A stretch of 63,999 bases of DNA, counting the filler, from Octopus bimaculoides (taxonomy: Eukaryota): the NCBI RefSeq assembly GCF_001194135.2. It is 7 parts of 6 records of this genome, joined end to end, with 100 filler letters (N's around TTAATTAATTAA, not from the genome) between each part and the next. Parts side by side here need not be neighbours in the genome. Positions count along the whole stretch, not along the records: positions 25,203 to 47,569 come from NC_068984.1; positions 47,670 to 56,312 come from NC_068999.1; 5 more parts are not named here. One strand, written 5' to 3'. A program made the translations under genes and the position numbers. Under the pieces are notes generated by a model, which saw only the letters and a list, made by a program, of their open reading frames with translations, ran no database searches and was not told the DNA's origin. Shown one piece after another: positions 40,901 to 51,449 of the stretch (positions are counted from its first letter, which is position 1; every line of letters begins with the position of its first letter).

Positions 40901-42506
40901 TTATGTATGTATTCGATAAATATATTCTCTATATTTATCCTAGGACAGTCTTTGGGGGAGGGGGCATGTTTCTCTTTTATGTATGTATGTATGTGACTTG
41001 GAGTCACGTGTATGCATTTGGTGGCTTGGAGTCACGTGTTTGGTGCCAGCGACATATAAATAAGAATACAAAGCTGGCTCTATACAAATCATTTGTCTTA
41101 CCATCCCTGTTGTATTCCTGTGAAACTTGGACTTTATTATGAAAGGCATTTTAGACTGTTAGAACAATTCCACCAAAAATGCCTTCATCGCATTTTAAAA
41201 ATTAAATGGAGTTCTTTTACACCAAACACAGATGTCCTTGCATCTGCAGGCATAACCTCAATTAATGCTATGATTTTGAGGAACCAATTGTAGATGGTGT
41301 GGTCATATTGTTCAAATGGCAGATGAATGCATGCCGAAACAGCTGTTTTATGGTGAGCTTGTAAAGGGGAAACACTACAGGCATAAACCTAAAAAAAGGT
41401 TTAAGGACAGCATAAGGACTACTATGAAGTCACTGGGAATGGTTCCAGAAGATATAGAAACCCTTGCTTCAGATTGAGTTGGATGACGAACAAAGGTGTG
41501 GAGTGGAGTGAAAGCATTTGAAGAGGCCAGGGTAACACAAGTAAGACTCAAAAGAGATCTAAAGAAGAATGTAACGATTGAGAAGGTAAATGACAAAGAC
41601 CTTTTCGTGTGCACAGTCTGTGACAGGCCATGCCTGTCTTTTGTTGGCCTCAAATTTAATCTGCGAACGCATGGGAAACAAACCTCTACCAACTATTCTG
41701 CCTATATGTCTGTGCACACCTTTAAATGCAGTGTAGGCCAGGTTTGCAAATCCAACGGAGGCCTCAAGAGACATTTTAAAATCCACAAAGAGCAGAACTT
41801 ATCTGCAACTCTTGGTGGTCCAAATCAGGGGTGCAATCTATGTGGGTGTCTTTTCAGAACATTATCTGGTTTAAAAAGCCACATCAGTTGCCATGATGAT
41901 GCTAAGGTGTAGGTACAGGAGGTGGTCAAACTCTGCATAAGGAGTAGACAATCACCATGTATGTATGTACGTATGTATATTAGGCAATTTGCTATACCAG
42001 ATATCTTGTATAAGTGTGTGTTGTTTTTATTTAACTCAGCTTTCACAGCATCAATAGGCAGCAAGCTATTACTTAAATAATATACTTAATACAACATCCT
42101 GGTTGTTATTTGCTTCAAGCTCTGAGACTTCAGTTTGGGTGATTTAAATCTACAGAATTTATATACATTTCTAATATCCAAAGAGAACTCTTCACTGCAA
42201 CTTCCCTATATTACATAATATTTTTCTATATTTTTCAATTTTTCAACCTACCACTACTGTTTTTCCTAGCATTCAAACCATGCATTTTCTTTTCATATTT
42301 GCTTTCCACATGGTTTTTTTTTCTATAGAATCTTAACTTCCTAGCTTTCTCTCAGTGATACTCTTGGGTGCAATCCATTTGGGCACAAATGATTTGTAAA
42401 TCATAGAGATAAACTCTCTGAATAAATTATATAACTCTACATTATACAATGCACTGAACATTTAATTGAACATATACGTCTTCATTTTATAATTAAGAAT
42501 ACTTAA

Positions 42507-42537
<31 letters not shown>

Positions 42538-44726
42538 ATATCAGCCAACTGTAACCCTCAATGTTATATGTAACAACAGAAATATTATGCTTACCTATGT
42601 GTCTTACAAGTGCAGGTGTCACTCCTTGCCATAGTTTGTGAAAGCCCTCTTCTTTAGCTGTTGAATTATGAAAATGATATATAATTACATTTCCTATGTA
42701 CAATCAAGAATTACTGACACTTTATATCAAGTATAACTAATAAAAAAACAACAGTCTAGACAAAAAATGGGTAACTAAAAGTGAATTGCATATGTAAATA
42801 ACAAATATATCTGTCACCTGCCTGTCTCCCTCCCAGAAGTGTAAGCTATAAAATAAAGACTAATTACAGAACGCATACACATATATATAAACTTATTGTT
42901 AATAAAGATTGGGTGTTGGTTGCGTACTGTTACTTAATAAATAAAAAGTGTATTGTAAATAAACGACAGATAAAAAACTGAGTATTACCATTTTGGATGA
43001 TAANNNNNNNNNNNNNNNNNNNNNNNNNNNNNNNNNNNNNNNNNNNNNNNNNNNNNNNNNNNNNNNNNNNNNNNNNNNNNNNNNNNNNNNNNNNNNNNNN
43101 NNNNNNNNNNNNNNNNNNNNNNNNNNNNNNNNNNNNNNNNNNNNNNNNNNNNNNNNNNNNNNNNNNNNNNNNNNNNNNNNNNNNNNNNNNNNNNNNNNNN
43201 NNNNNNNNNNNNNNNNNNNNNNNNNNNNNNNNNNTATTGTAAATAAACGACAGATAAAAAACTGAGTATTACCATTTTGGATGATAACTGATGAAGAATT
43301 AGGGACCCTCTGTGCCTTATACGTATACGTTTTTTTTATGTGGAACTTTGGGCGAGTGTCTTCTACTATAGCCTCAAACTGACCAAAGCCTTGTGAGGGT
43401 ATTTGGTAGATGGAAACTGAAAGAAGCCTATTGTATATATATATATATATTTATGTGAGTGTGTCTTTGTGTCTGTATTTGTCCCTCTACCATCGCTTGA
43501 CAACCAATGTTGGTATGTTGACGTCCCTGTAACTTAGTGGTTCAGCAAAAGAGACTGATAGAATAATTACTAAGCTTACAAAGAATAAGTCCTGTGGTCG
43601 ATCTCTTCAACTAAAACCTTTTAAGACAATGCTCCAGCATGGCTGTAGTCAAATGACTGAAACATGTAAAAGAACACTTGTCTAATTATATTAATACTTA
43701 TAAAAAAATTATGCTTCCCAACTATGGTGTTTTAGGTTCAGTTCCACTGCACAGCACTTTGAATAAGTGTCTTCTACTACAGCCCCAGCATGATCAAAGC
43801 TTTGTGAGTGGATTTGGTAAATGGAAACTGAAAGAAACATATTGTGTATATATGTGTATGTGTGAGTATCTATGTACGAGTTTTTGCATTTGTGTTGTGT
43901 TTGTCTCACACCACTGCTCAACAACCGGTGTTGATTTGTTTATACAGCCCCATAATTTGTTTATATATCCCCTTAACTTGTTTATACATCCCCATAACTT
44001 AGTGCGTTTGTTTATACATCGTCATAATTTAGCACGTGACCCAGTGGTTAGGCTGTTGCACTCATAATTGCAGATCGTGGATTCGATTCCTTGACTGGGT
44101 GGTGCATTGTGTTCTTTAGCAAAACACTTCTTTTCACATTGCTCCAGTCCCCCATTCAATTGGGGAGAATGTTGGCTTGCTTGCCTAGCCAGAGAGGTGA
44201 CATCATTTGAAGGCTAAAACAATGCAAAAGCACATTGCAACCAGCAATATGCAACATCTGATAGCCTGGTTAGTCATATGATCATGTGATAACTTAGCTG
44301 TTTAACAGAGACCAATAGAATATGTACTAGACTGAAAAAAAAAGTACTGGGGTTGATTTGTAAAGATCAAGCCTGCAAGTTGTATCCTGCAAGTTGTATC
44401 CCAGTATAGCTGAAACCCATGATAGAAACAAGTAAAAAAAAAAAGCCCATATTCAATTTCATTGATTTAGAAGCTATGAAAATAGCTATGGAATTAGATA
44501 TAGATGGCATTGTTACAAAAGGGAACTTCTAAACCACACAACCATATAAATCAGTTTATAGACATTAAGGAACAACTGCAGGAATAGAATCATATTCAAA
44601 ACTTACCTATTCCAACGGCTGTCTTGATCATTCCACGATATGGATTAGCTTTGCCATTAGATGATTTTGATGCTAGTTCTCCTTGGATTTGAAGCCTTGT
44701 TTTTGTCAAGTCAAGAGGATAAGTAA
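28241..44726 (-). CDS. UCP4: Mitochondrial uncoupling protein 4 (SLC25A27-like), partial spliced CDS of 7 exons (679 nt); N-terminal exon and C-terminal exons not found
   Basis: Manually spliced translation: [227 protein letters not shown]. It has three SLC25 signatures PX[DE]XX[KR] (PLDLTK, PTDLIK, PADVVK). All introns are GT-AG and all phases are compatible. Confidence 0.93.
28690..28870 (+). mobile_element. RTE-type LINE 3' fragment
   Basis: [12 protein letters not shown]; similar in DNA to 46517-46700 in the opposite orientation. Confidence 0.55.
30054..30138 (-). CDS. UCP4: UCP4 exon (85 nt, phase 1/2): [29 protein letters not shown]
   Basis: Acceptor tttttgttag|AT; donor CAAG|gtaaat. 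Confidence 0.93.
30640..30927 (-). mobile_element. Non-autonomous Helitron-like element, 5' part
   Basis: A|TCTATATATATAAAAATG start followed by (GTCT)n and an AACCAATTTCATTCAAATTTT body. Confidence 0.55.
32840..33245 (-). mobile_element. Two head-to-tail SINE copies of the 12692 family
   Basis: Duplicated cattttgcc..gcatgcta.caattctgccag and ggcaaagt segments. Confidence 0.65.
33728..33840 (-). CDS. UCP4: UCP4 exon (113 nt, phase 2/1): [37 protein letters not shown]
   Basis: Acceptor ataattgcag|A; donor GGAG|gtacaa. Confidence 0.94.
34002..34124 (-). CDS. UCP4: UCP4 exon (123 nt, phase 2/2): [41 protein letters not shown]
   Basis: Acceptor tttccttag|G; donor CAG|gtgaga; second carrier signature. 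Confidence 0.94.
35203..35719. mobile_element. hAT (Charlie-like) MITE with 8-bp TSD, inserted into a SINE tail
   Basis: TIRs CAGGGGTGGGGTAAC / GTTTCCCAACCCCTG; TSD aactaaac (35195-35202) / gactaaac (35720-35727). Confidence 0.85.
36000..36325 (-). mobile_element. tRNA-derived SINE (CTAGTGGTTAGG...CCACTCAGCTGGCAAAAATGAG family)
   Basis: Similar to 6230-6510(-), 45330-45610(+), 50220-50345(+), 61215-61400(+) and 63420-63700(-). Confidence 0.8.
36457..36541 (-). CDS. UCP4: UCP4 exon (85 nt, phase 1/2): [29 protein letters not shown]
   Basis: Acceptor ttctcttttag|TT; donor TATG|gtaact. Confidence 0.92.
39390..39720 (+). mobile_element. Helitron Rep/helicase N-terminal fragment inside a UCP4 intron
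   Basis: [14 protein letters not shown]...DILI and, after a frameshift, [21 protein letters not shown]...[16 protein letters not shown]. Confidence 0.75.
40995..41985 (+). mobile_element. 5'-truncated RTE-clade LINE, C-terminal region with three C2H2-like motifs and an (ATGT)n tail
   Basis: [51 protein letters not shown] and KPKKRFKD motifs; ORF 41496-41912. Confidence 0.85.
42595..42657 (-). CDS. UCP4: UCP4 exon (63 nt, phase 1/1): [21 protein letters not shown]
   Basis: Acceptor ttcaacag|CT; donor ATAG|gtaagc; EG..LW.G motif. Confidence 0.93.
43335..44440 (+). mobile_element. SINE cluster: two copies of the 10240 family, the second interrupted by a nested SINE (44034-44289)
   Basis: Body and tail motifs; TSD-like taatttagc (44025-44033) / taacttagc (44290-44298). 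Confidence 0.75.
44607..44726 (-). CDS. UCP4: UCP4 exon (120 nt, phase 1/1): [17 protein letters not shown]...[11 protein letters not shown]
   Basis: Acceptor tatactatag|TT; donor ATAG|gtaagt; first carrier signature. Confidence 0.93.
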
Positions 44727-45329
44727 CTATAGTATATAAAAACGAAAAGAATACATATTATTTATTTGATGTATCAATAACCAATCAGACACTGAGGCAA
44801 TATTGAATAAATCATATCAGTTTCAATAACATTGAAAAGCATTTTATTTACTGTGTGTACTCTGAACTCAATCTTAAATGGATTCTTTTACTCTCTAATA
44901 CATTTCAGTTTAAGATATGAACTCCAGTACTTAGTTTAGTTTAGTACTCATTTTATAAGCCTCTGTTTATTGAATGACAAAATTTTACTAATTTGTGTAA
45001 AGGAATATAACTTACAGCACCATTTTACACTGATATACTCAAACATAGAGAGAGAGGTGGGGGACTGATGAATAGATAAATACAGATAGACAGATACACA
45101 CATATACATGCATGCACACACGGTTTATAATGAAAGAGGAGAAAAGTACTTAGTACCACACTATAATACAGTAATTTTTTTTATGCTGATCAAGTAGCCT
45201 TACTGCTCTGTAGTTCCCCTGACATGTGGTACCAACCACAGGCCCATTGGGAAACTTCAGAGCAACAGGCTAAATAAACTACATATAGATATAAATGTAG
45301 CTGTAACTATATCTATCTCAATGGTTATG

Positions 45330-45609
45330 GGTACTCGACTGATGATTGATTGTAAGGTCATGAGTTTGATTACCAGCAGTGCGTTGTGTCCTTCAGCAAG
45401 ATGCTGTACTTCACATTGCCCCAGTCCACTCAGCTGGCAAAAATGAGTAGTACCTGTATTTCAAAGTGCTAGCATTGTTACATTCTATGTCATGGTGAAT
45501 CTCCCTGAGATTTTCAGGAGTGCCCAGTCACTTGCACGTTAATTTCATGAGCAGACTGTTCCATTTATTAGATCAACTGGAACCCTCATCATCGTAATGA
45601 ATGGAGTGC

Positions 45610-45610
<1 letters not shown>
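45330..45610 (+). mobile_element. SINE, same family as 36000
   Basis: gcgttgtgtccttcagcaag...ccactcagctggcaaaaatgagtag. Confidence 0.8.
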
Positions 45611-45650
<40 letters not shown>

Positions 45651-45652
<2 letters not shown>

Positions 45653-46004
45653 AAGTTTTAAATTTAAAAGAGAGTTTTGATGCTAATATCCATTATTATT
45701 GAAATTTATTCCTATGTCAACATTTCTGTATAAGGCTATATTTGACTGTCAAATTTAAGTCAAACATATAAATTGCCTTACACGTCTACAGGAAAAAAAG
45801 TTTAAGAACAAAAGGTAAATACCAAAACATTGTCTCTAATCCAGTCCATATTCAAATTTTTCCCTGAAGACGTGTAAGGCAATTTATATGTTTGACTTAA
45901 ATTTGACAGTCAGATATAGCCTTATACAGAAATGTTGACATAGGAATAAATTTCAATAATAATGGATATTAGCGTGAACACTCTCTTTTAAATTTAAAAC
46001 TTTG
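45651..46004. mobile_element. Fold-back MITE-like element with about 140-bp near-perfect inverted arms
   Basis: 45651-45792 is the reverse complement of 45863-46004 with few mismatches; about 70-bp spacer; next to a (TA)n run. Confidence 0.85.
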
Positions 46005-46442
46005 GATATATAACCAAGGAGAACGATCCTTAAGGAGTCTACTTTAGACTTTTTGCGGTGAAATCTCTTGCTATATTGGTAACGATTACATGTTTTTCTA
46101 TGAACAAATATATATATATATAGAGAGAGAGAGGGGGGAGAGCAACAGAGGCAGTATTAATCCCCAAAGGTAAAATATTCACCACTTAGAAGTGGATGTT
46201 ACATTAGAACGCAAATACTGCAATATTTACCAAGAAAGAAAACTCTCATATGGCTATTTGGTACATAAAAGCACATCACCACTATCACCAGTAGCAGACA
46301 ATCCCCGCTACTTCTGCTGCTCAGACTACCAGATCACATGATTTTAGCCTGATTTGGCCTTTTCAGTGACAGATACCAAACAACTGGAAAAAGAGTTTTC
46401 TTTCTTGATAAGTAATGTAGTATTTATGTGTTCTAACACAAC

Positions 46443-47207
46443 ACTTGTGTTAAATTACACATCTGAGATCTGAGTTAAATTACACATCTGAGACTTGTGT
46501 TAAATTACACATCTGATCCTGGCACATCCTCTCCACAGAGTCTTATCAGAAGCAACTGTCATGAAATTCTCTAGCTTGATTTGCAAGTGTAACCAACTGA
46601 AATTATGGATATTCTCTAAACATTCTTGGTCTACCCCTAGCTCTCCTGCTTATTGGCTCAGCTTGAAGAATCTGTCTTGTGATTCTTTTCTGCAACATTT
46701 TAATCACATGTCCATAGTACCAGAGCTGTGACTTCTCAATGAACCTGGAGAGACTTCCTCATTTCCTAGCTACACCCCGTGTCAAGCAACATTACTCCAG
46801 AGATCCTTTGAAGGAACTCCATTTCTACCACCTGTATTCACAGTCATACTCTTTCAATCATTACCCAACATTCATGACCATAGATGAGGACAGGTGTGAA
46901 AACTAATTTAAAGACAAGTGTGTTTGGCTTTTTTTTTTTTACCAACCTCTTCTCTTGAGACTTGTATTAAATTACACATCTGAAACTTGTGTTAAATTAC
47001 ACATCTGAGACTTGTGTTAAATTACACATCTGAGACTTGTGTTAAATTACACATCTGACATTTATGTTAAATTACACATTTGAGACTTGTGTTAAATCAC
47101 ACATCTGAGACTTGTGTCAAATTACACATTTGAGACTTGTGTTAAATTACACATCTCAGACTTGTGTTAAATTACACATCTCAGACTTGTGTTAAATTAC
47201 ACATCTG
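46443..47207. repeat. 25-bp tandem array (CTTGTGTTAAATTACACATCTGAGA), about 3 + about 10 units split by a LINE fragment
   Basis: Period of 25 read directly (unit starts at 46986, 47011, 47036). Confidence 0.92.
46517..46940 (-). mobile_element. RTE-type LINE 3' fragment interrupting a 25-bp tandem array
   Basis: FTPVLIYGHECW, EMEFLQRISG, YGHVIKM and RRARGRPR motifs in broken frames. Confidence 0.75.
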
Positions 47208-47669
47208 CTTTCAATGAAAGACTTGTATGTAAGTGAACACACAACTGTACACAAAGAAGCACATGATTATGCAGCACAGCATCTTTGTATATAGTTTCTG
47301 TTATGTTTCCCTCGGACTGACTTGCAGAGATAACATAACGAGTTATACAGTTTAATTATTACATTTATTGTTCAATTACATACAAAGAACGCACTCACCC
47401 AATGTTCGTTATGAATAAACAAAAGTCATGTCCACCATATATATATCAATGACATTTTACTACGACAGTCCCACAAGACAACAACAATGAAACAATGAAC
47501 TCAGACGAACCACATGACACACGGAACGTCAGACGAATTACATATCTAACAGTCCATATAACAGTTTCTNNNNNNNNNNNNNNNNNNNNNNNNNNNNNNN
47601 NNNNNNNNNNNNNTTAATTAATTAANNNNNNNNNNNNNNNNNNNNNNNNNNNNNNNNNNNNNNNNNNNN

Positions 47670-48010
47670 AGTCTTTGGTCCTCACGGCGCAGAACATTGG
47701 CAAATCTTTCCTTATCTGCTTCCTCTCTGGCTAAATAAACCTGTCGCCTAGCCTCCCTTCTGGCACATTGGTACAATTCCCTGCTACCACCGTTCTTCCA
47801 GTCCTTCCAAGCCTGTTTCTTTTGTCTAATAGCCCTGTCTACCTCCTTGTTCCACCACCACGTTACTCTGGGTCGGGAGGGGACCTTACACCACCCACAA
47901 ATCTGGTCAGTGGCTTTCAACAGGTTGTCCCGCAGAAATCTCCAATTGTCTTCCACGTTGTATGATGCTATATCCCCTTCTATTTCGTTAAATGCTTCAA
48001 TATATGAATA
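47670..48010 (-). mobile_element. RTE-type LINE fragment (region between endonuclease and RT)
   Basis: WRFLRDNLLKATDQICGW...TWWWNKEVDRAIRQKKQAWKDWK. Confidence 0.8.
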
Positions 48011-48959
48011 ATAATTATCACATCCTGTCTCCTGGAACATAATACTTGTAGATATTGACACAATAGATGAATGTCAACAATACTGACACAGTTGACTTGG
48101 TTTATTGTCAATGTGTAGATGTTAACTGCATGTGCAGCAGTGAATAAATGTTAACTGTATAGATAGGCACAGTGTATAGATGATTTTAAGGATAGATAGT
48201 GGATTGATGTTGATTGTATAGATAGACACAGTGTATAAATGATTTTAAGGATACATAATGTGAAAATATTGACAACCCCAACACACAAGGCTTCTATAAA
48301 GCTTGACTAACAGACCCCTTTCCTAAAAGTGCACAACATAATTTATTTTCCTCAAACCCAGCATAAACCATATGCCTTGATCAGAGTTTGACATGTACAT
48401 GAGAGGATGTTGGGGCAGGGGAGAAAATGGTACTTTAATTTTAATGACATTACCAAAGTGCTGCTTCTTCCACATTCAATTAATTACTTGCTTAGTACAG
48501 TTTAACTTTTAAAATGATTTTGGTACTGATCAATTTAGTTTTACTTGTTTTACTTTATATACACAGAAACACTTTGTTATTTCTGTTTTGGTTTCTCATT
48601 TTATTACAGATTTATTTTCATTTCACCTCTTCAATAGTCAATAAATTTCACTCGAAACTAACACTTGTCTGAGAATTATTTTGTTTTTATAGGTTTTTAA
48701 GTATTTTAAAGACTGAATGATAGCATTTCAACAGTTACAACAATTAAAAGAAATGAAAGTAAAAAATCAAATCAGAACCAGTATAATTGGTGGATCTTCC
48801 GTGACTTTGAAACACACACTATATATGTCTTAACATTATGGAAACAACTGTTAAAGCTCTATATAGGAAAAGAAAACACAATATCTCATCCAAAAATAAA
48901 AATATTTTAAAGAATCAAAAGATATCAACTAGATTATGGCTGGGAGGTATCAGGTTACT

Positions 48960-50000
48960 CAAAGTAGATGCCCTCAGCTTCCACCACGCCCTTAAGATGG
49001 CTCTGGAATCTGGTGCATGTGTTCCTCATTGTGTCCTTGGGAAGATCTTCAAACACTTTCTTGATCTTGGCCACCAGCTAAGCTTTGGTGTTGCAAGCAG
49101 AGCAGATAATGTCTTTTGTAACTGTCCTCCACACATAGTAATTCATGGGATTACGATTGGGGTAATTAAAGAGGTCAGAAACTGGGGCTGGTGAAGTTGT
49201 AAAAATTCTCCGACAACCACTTCTGTTCTTTCTAGAGATATGACTAGGAGCTGAATCCTGCTGCCACATATATGGCCTTCAAGCAGTGACCTTCTCCAGC
49301 CAGGATTTGACCAGTCTCTCTCCAGCGTATCCATCTGAACTGAGCCTATAACACTATTCAAAGATGTGGGGTAGTATGATGTCACTCTCATTGGTGATAC
49401 ACCCATAACAGTTTAAGGAAACTTAGTTTTCATATGTGGGACATTACATGGAGTGTAGGCAAGCTGCCTGTTCTTCTGAGTGTTGTGGCAGAAAATCTTT
49501 TCCTTTGAGAAGGATCAGATCATCCATGGCTCAAAAGGATACCTCATCTTGTTCAGGAGCTTCTTTGCCTTGACTAAGTGGTTCTATTTGGTCTTGGTTG
49601 TCGGAATTTGTCCCTTGCACCTCTTGCATGAGTAGTAGTGAAGGTCCACATTCAGAGCTAACTTCATGGTGGTGACCCCAATTCTTATCACTCTTGCCAA
49701 AGCCCAGATTCCCTTGCTCAGATCTTCCATCAACTTGTCCAACAGTTAGAATGTCTGCTGTGTCCATCCCTGCTGGCCATGGTTTTGTAGTCTCCATTGC
49801 AGCTGTTTCTGTTGTGTCTTTACAGTGTTCACAGAGCACTGAGTAGTAGTCATGATGTCAGTATTTTGATATGTTGCACAAATCATCATGATACAGGTAA
49901 CTCTTTTCCAACATTCAGATGGCTTCCAGTCTTCCATATCAGCTAACTTTTTCTCAACTTTAATCATTGTTCTCTCCAACACTGTTGACTGTTCACCAAT
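48960..50000 (-). mobile_element. maT/DD37D-like Tc1-mariner transposase relic
   Basis: Decayed KLALNVDLHYYSCKRCKGQ, KAKKLLNKMRYP, KTKFP.TVM, RPYMWQQDSAPSH and NPMNYYVW motifs across shifted frames. Confidence 0.75.
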
Positions 50001-50538
50001 ACATCAAGCTATTCCTGAAAAAAAAAGAAGATGTAAAAAATGTGGCTGTGTGGTTCAGAAGCTCACTTTGCGACTGCTTAGTTTCAAGTTCAGTTCCTCT
50101 GCATGGCATCTTGGGCATGTGTCTTCTACTATAACTCTGGGTTGACAAATGTTTGTGAGTGAATTTAGTAGGTGGAACTGTGAGGAAGCTCATTGTGTGT
50201 GTGTGTATTTGAGGGTACATGGTCTAGTGGTTAGGGTGTAGCACTCATTATTGCAAGATCATTGTTTCATTTCCTGGGCCAGGTGGTTTGTTGTGTTCTT
50301 GGGAAAAACTCACATTGCTCTTGTAATCACTTTGACAACCGATGTGTGGCTCACTGGATAGAATACTTCTCAGTTGATCTTACCAGAATGGAACAGTAAA
50401 CTATATATACATATAATGTATATATTTATGTGTATGTATTTGTGTTTGTCTCCCACCATCACTTTGTTTACACGCCCATAAATTTGCCACTTTATCATTA
50501 TTCTTTTAAAGATAATGATAACTTATTTGAATTTTGAA

Positions 50539-50583
<45 letters not shown>

Positions 50584-50743
50584 AAGCTTATTTGCCAACA
50601 TAAAGTAGTAGTTCTGATTAGGACCAATGTTGCTGTTATTTAGCTCCATGAAAACATTGTCACCAGCTGGCTGTCAACGTACTAACTGCATCCTTATATT
50701 TTCGAACAAGGAGGATAGTGTCCCCACTCAGCTTTAAGCAATA

Positions 50744-50789
50744 TCTGTGTACCAATGGTTTCTGGGTTATTTCTCTTCATCAGCACAGA
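50744..50789 (-). ncRNA. Minimal type-I hammerhead-ribozyme-like motif (stem II degenerate)
   Basis: Minus strand reads TCTGTG-CTGATGA-AGAGAAATAACCCA-GAA-ACC-ATT-GGT-A-CACAGA: perfect 6-bp stem I, intact core, 3-bp stem III and a GUA cleavage triplet. Confidence 0.55.
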
Positions 50790-51449
50790 ATAATCGTTTA
50801 GCTAGAGATGGTAACACTAGTTCTTGTTCGAAGTATATACTTTTCAAAGTAACACAGTCACTGACCTTATAAACAGAGAAATAACAGCAGCATTGGTCCT
50901 AATCAGGAAGTCTGCCCAGGGAGTTCATGGTTCAAATTAGTATATGTTTTGAATAGGATTTGATTAGTAGATCACACAATAGGTCTTAGAAATTTTTGTA
51001 GCTTCCCCGCTATGTCCGTGTGTTAGTATCAAGTGACAATGTTTGGCGTTGTAAGTTAAGGCTGACACAGTGGACTGAACAAGTCCAAATAATCAATGCT
51101 CTGAATGTTTTCTGTCAAGTGTTTGTAGAGAATGAATTTTATAACCTTTTGTACATTTCCTGCTACGTCCGTGTGTTAGTGTCACGTGACAGTATATTTT
51201 GCACCTAAAAAGAAGGCTGACATTCTCTATAAACACTTGATAGAAAACATTCAGAACATTGATTGTTTGGACTTGTTCAGTCAACTGTGTCAGCCTTGGA
51301 CATAGCGGGGAACCTACAAAAATTTCTAAGACCAGTCATGTGACTATCCTCTACCAGTCAAATCCTATTCAAAACGTATACTAATTTGAGCCATGAGCTC
51401 CCTATAAAAACTTTGTTTTCTATATATACTCACCACACAAGGAATAAAA

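Noticed and set aside
46443-47207. CRISPR array
   Set aside because: The palindromic 25-bp units are directly abutting with no unique spacers, no cas genes are present, and the context is eukaryotic.
47393-47569. Strong minus-strand donor GG|gtgagt as the missing UCP4 coding exon 1
   Set aside because: The frame needed to join VTYPLD has TAA four codons upstream and no ATG after it; at most a non-coding exon, which is unsupported.
49541-50014. Apparent host exon on the minus strand (strong polypyrimidine acceptor and GAG|gtatcc donor; ORFs 49531-49839 and 49746-49982)
   Set aside because: All frames contain stops, and a shifted frame matches maT transposase motifs, so it is part of the transposon relic.
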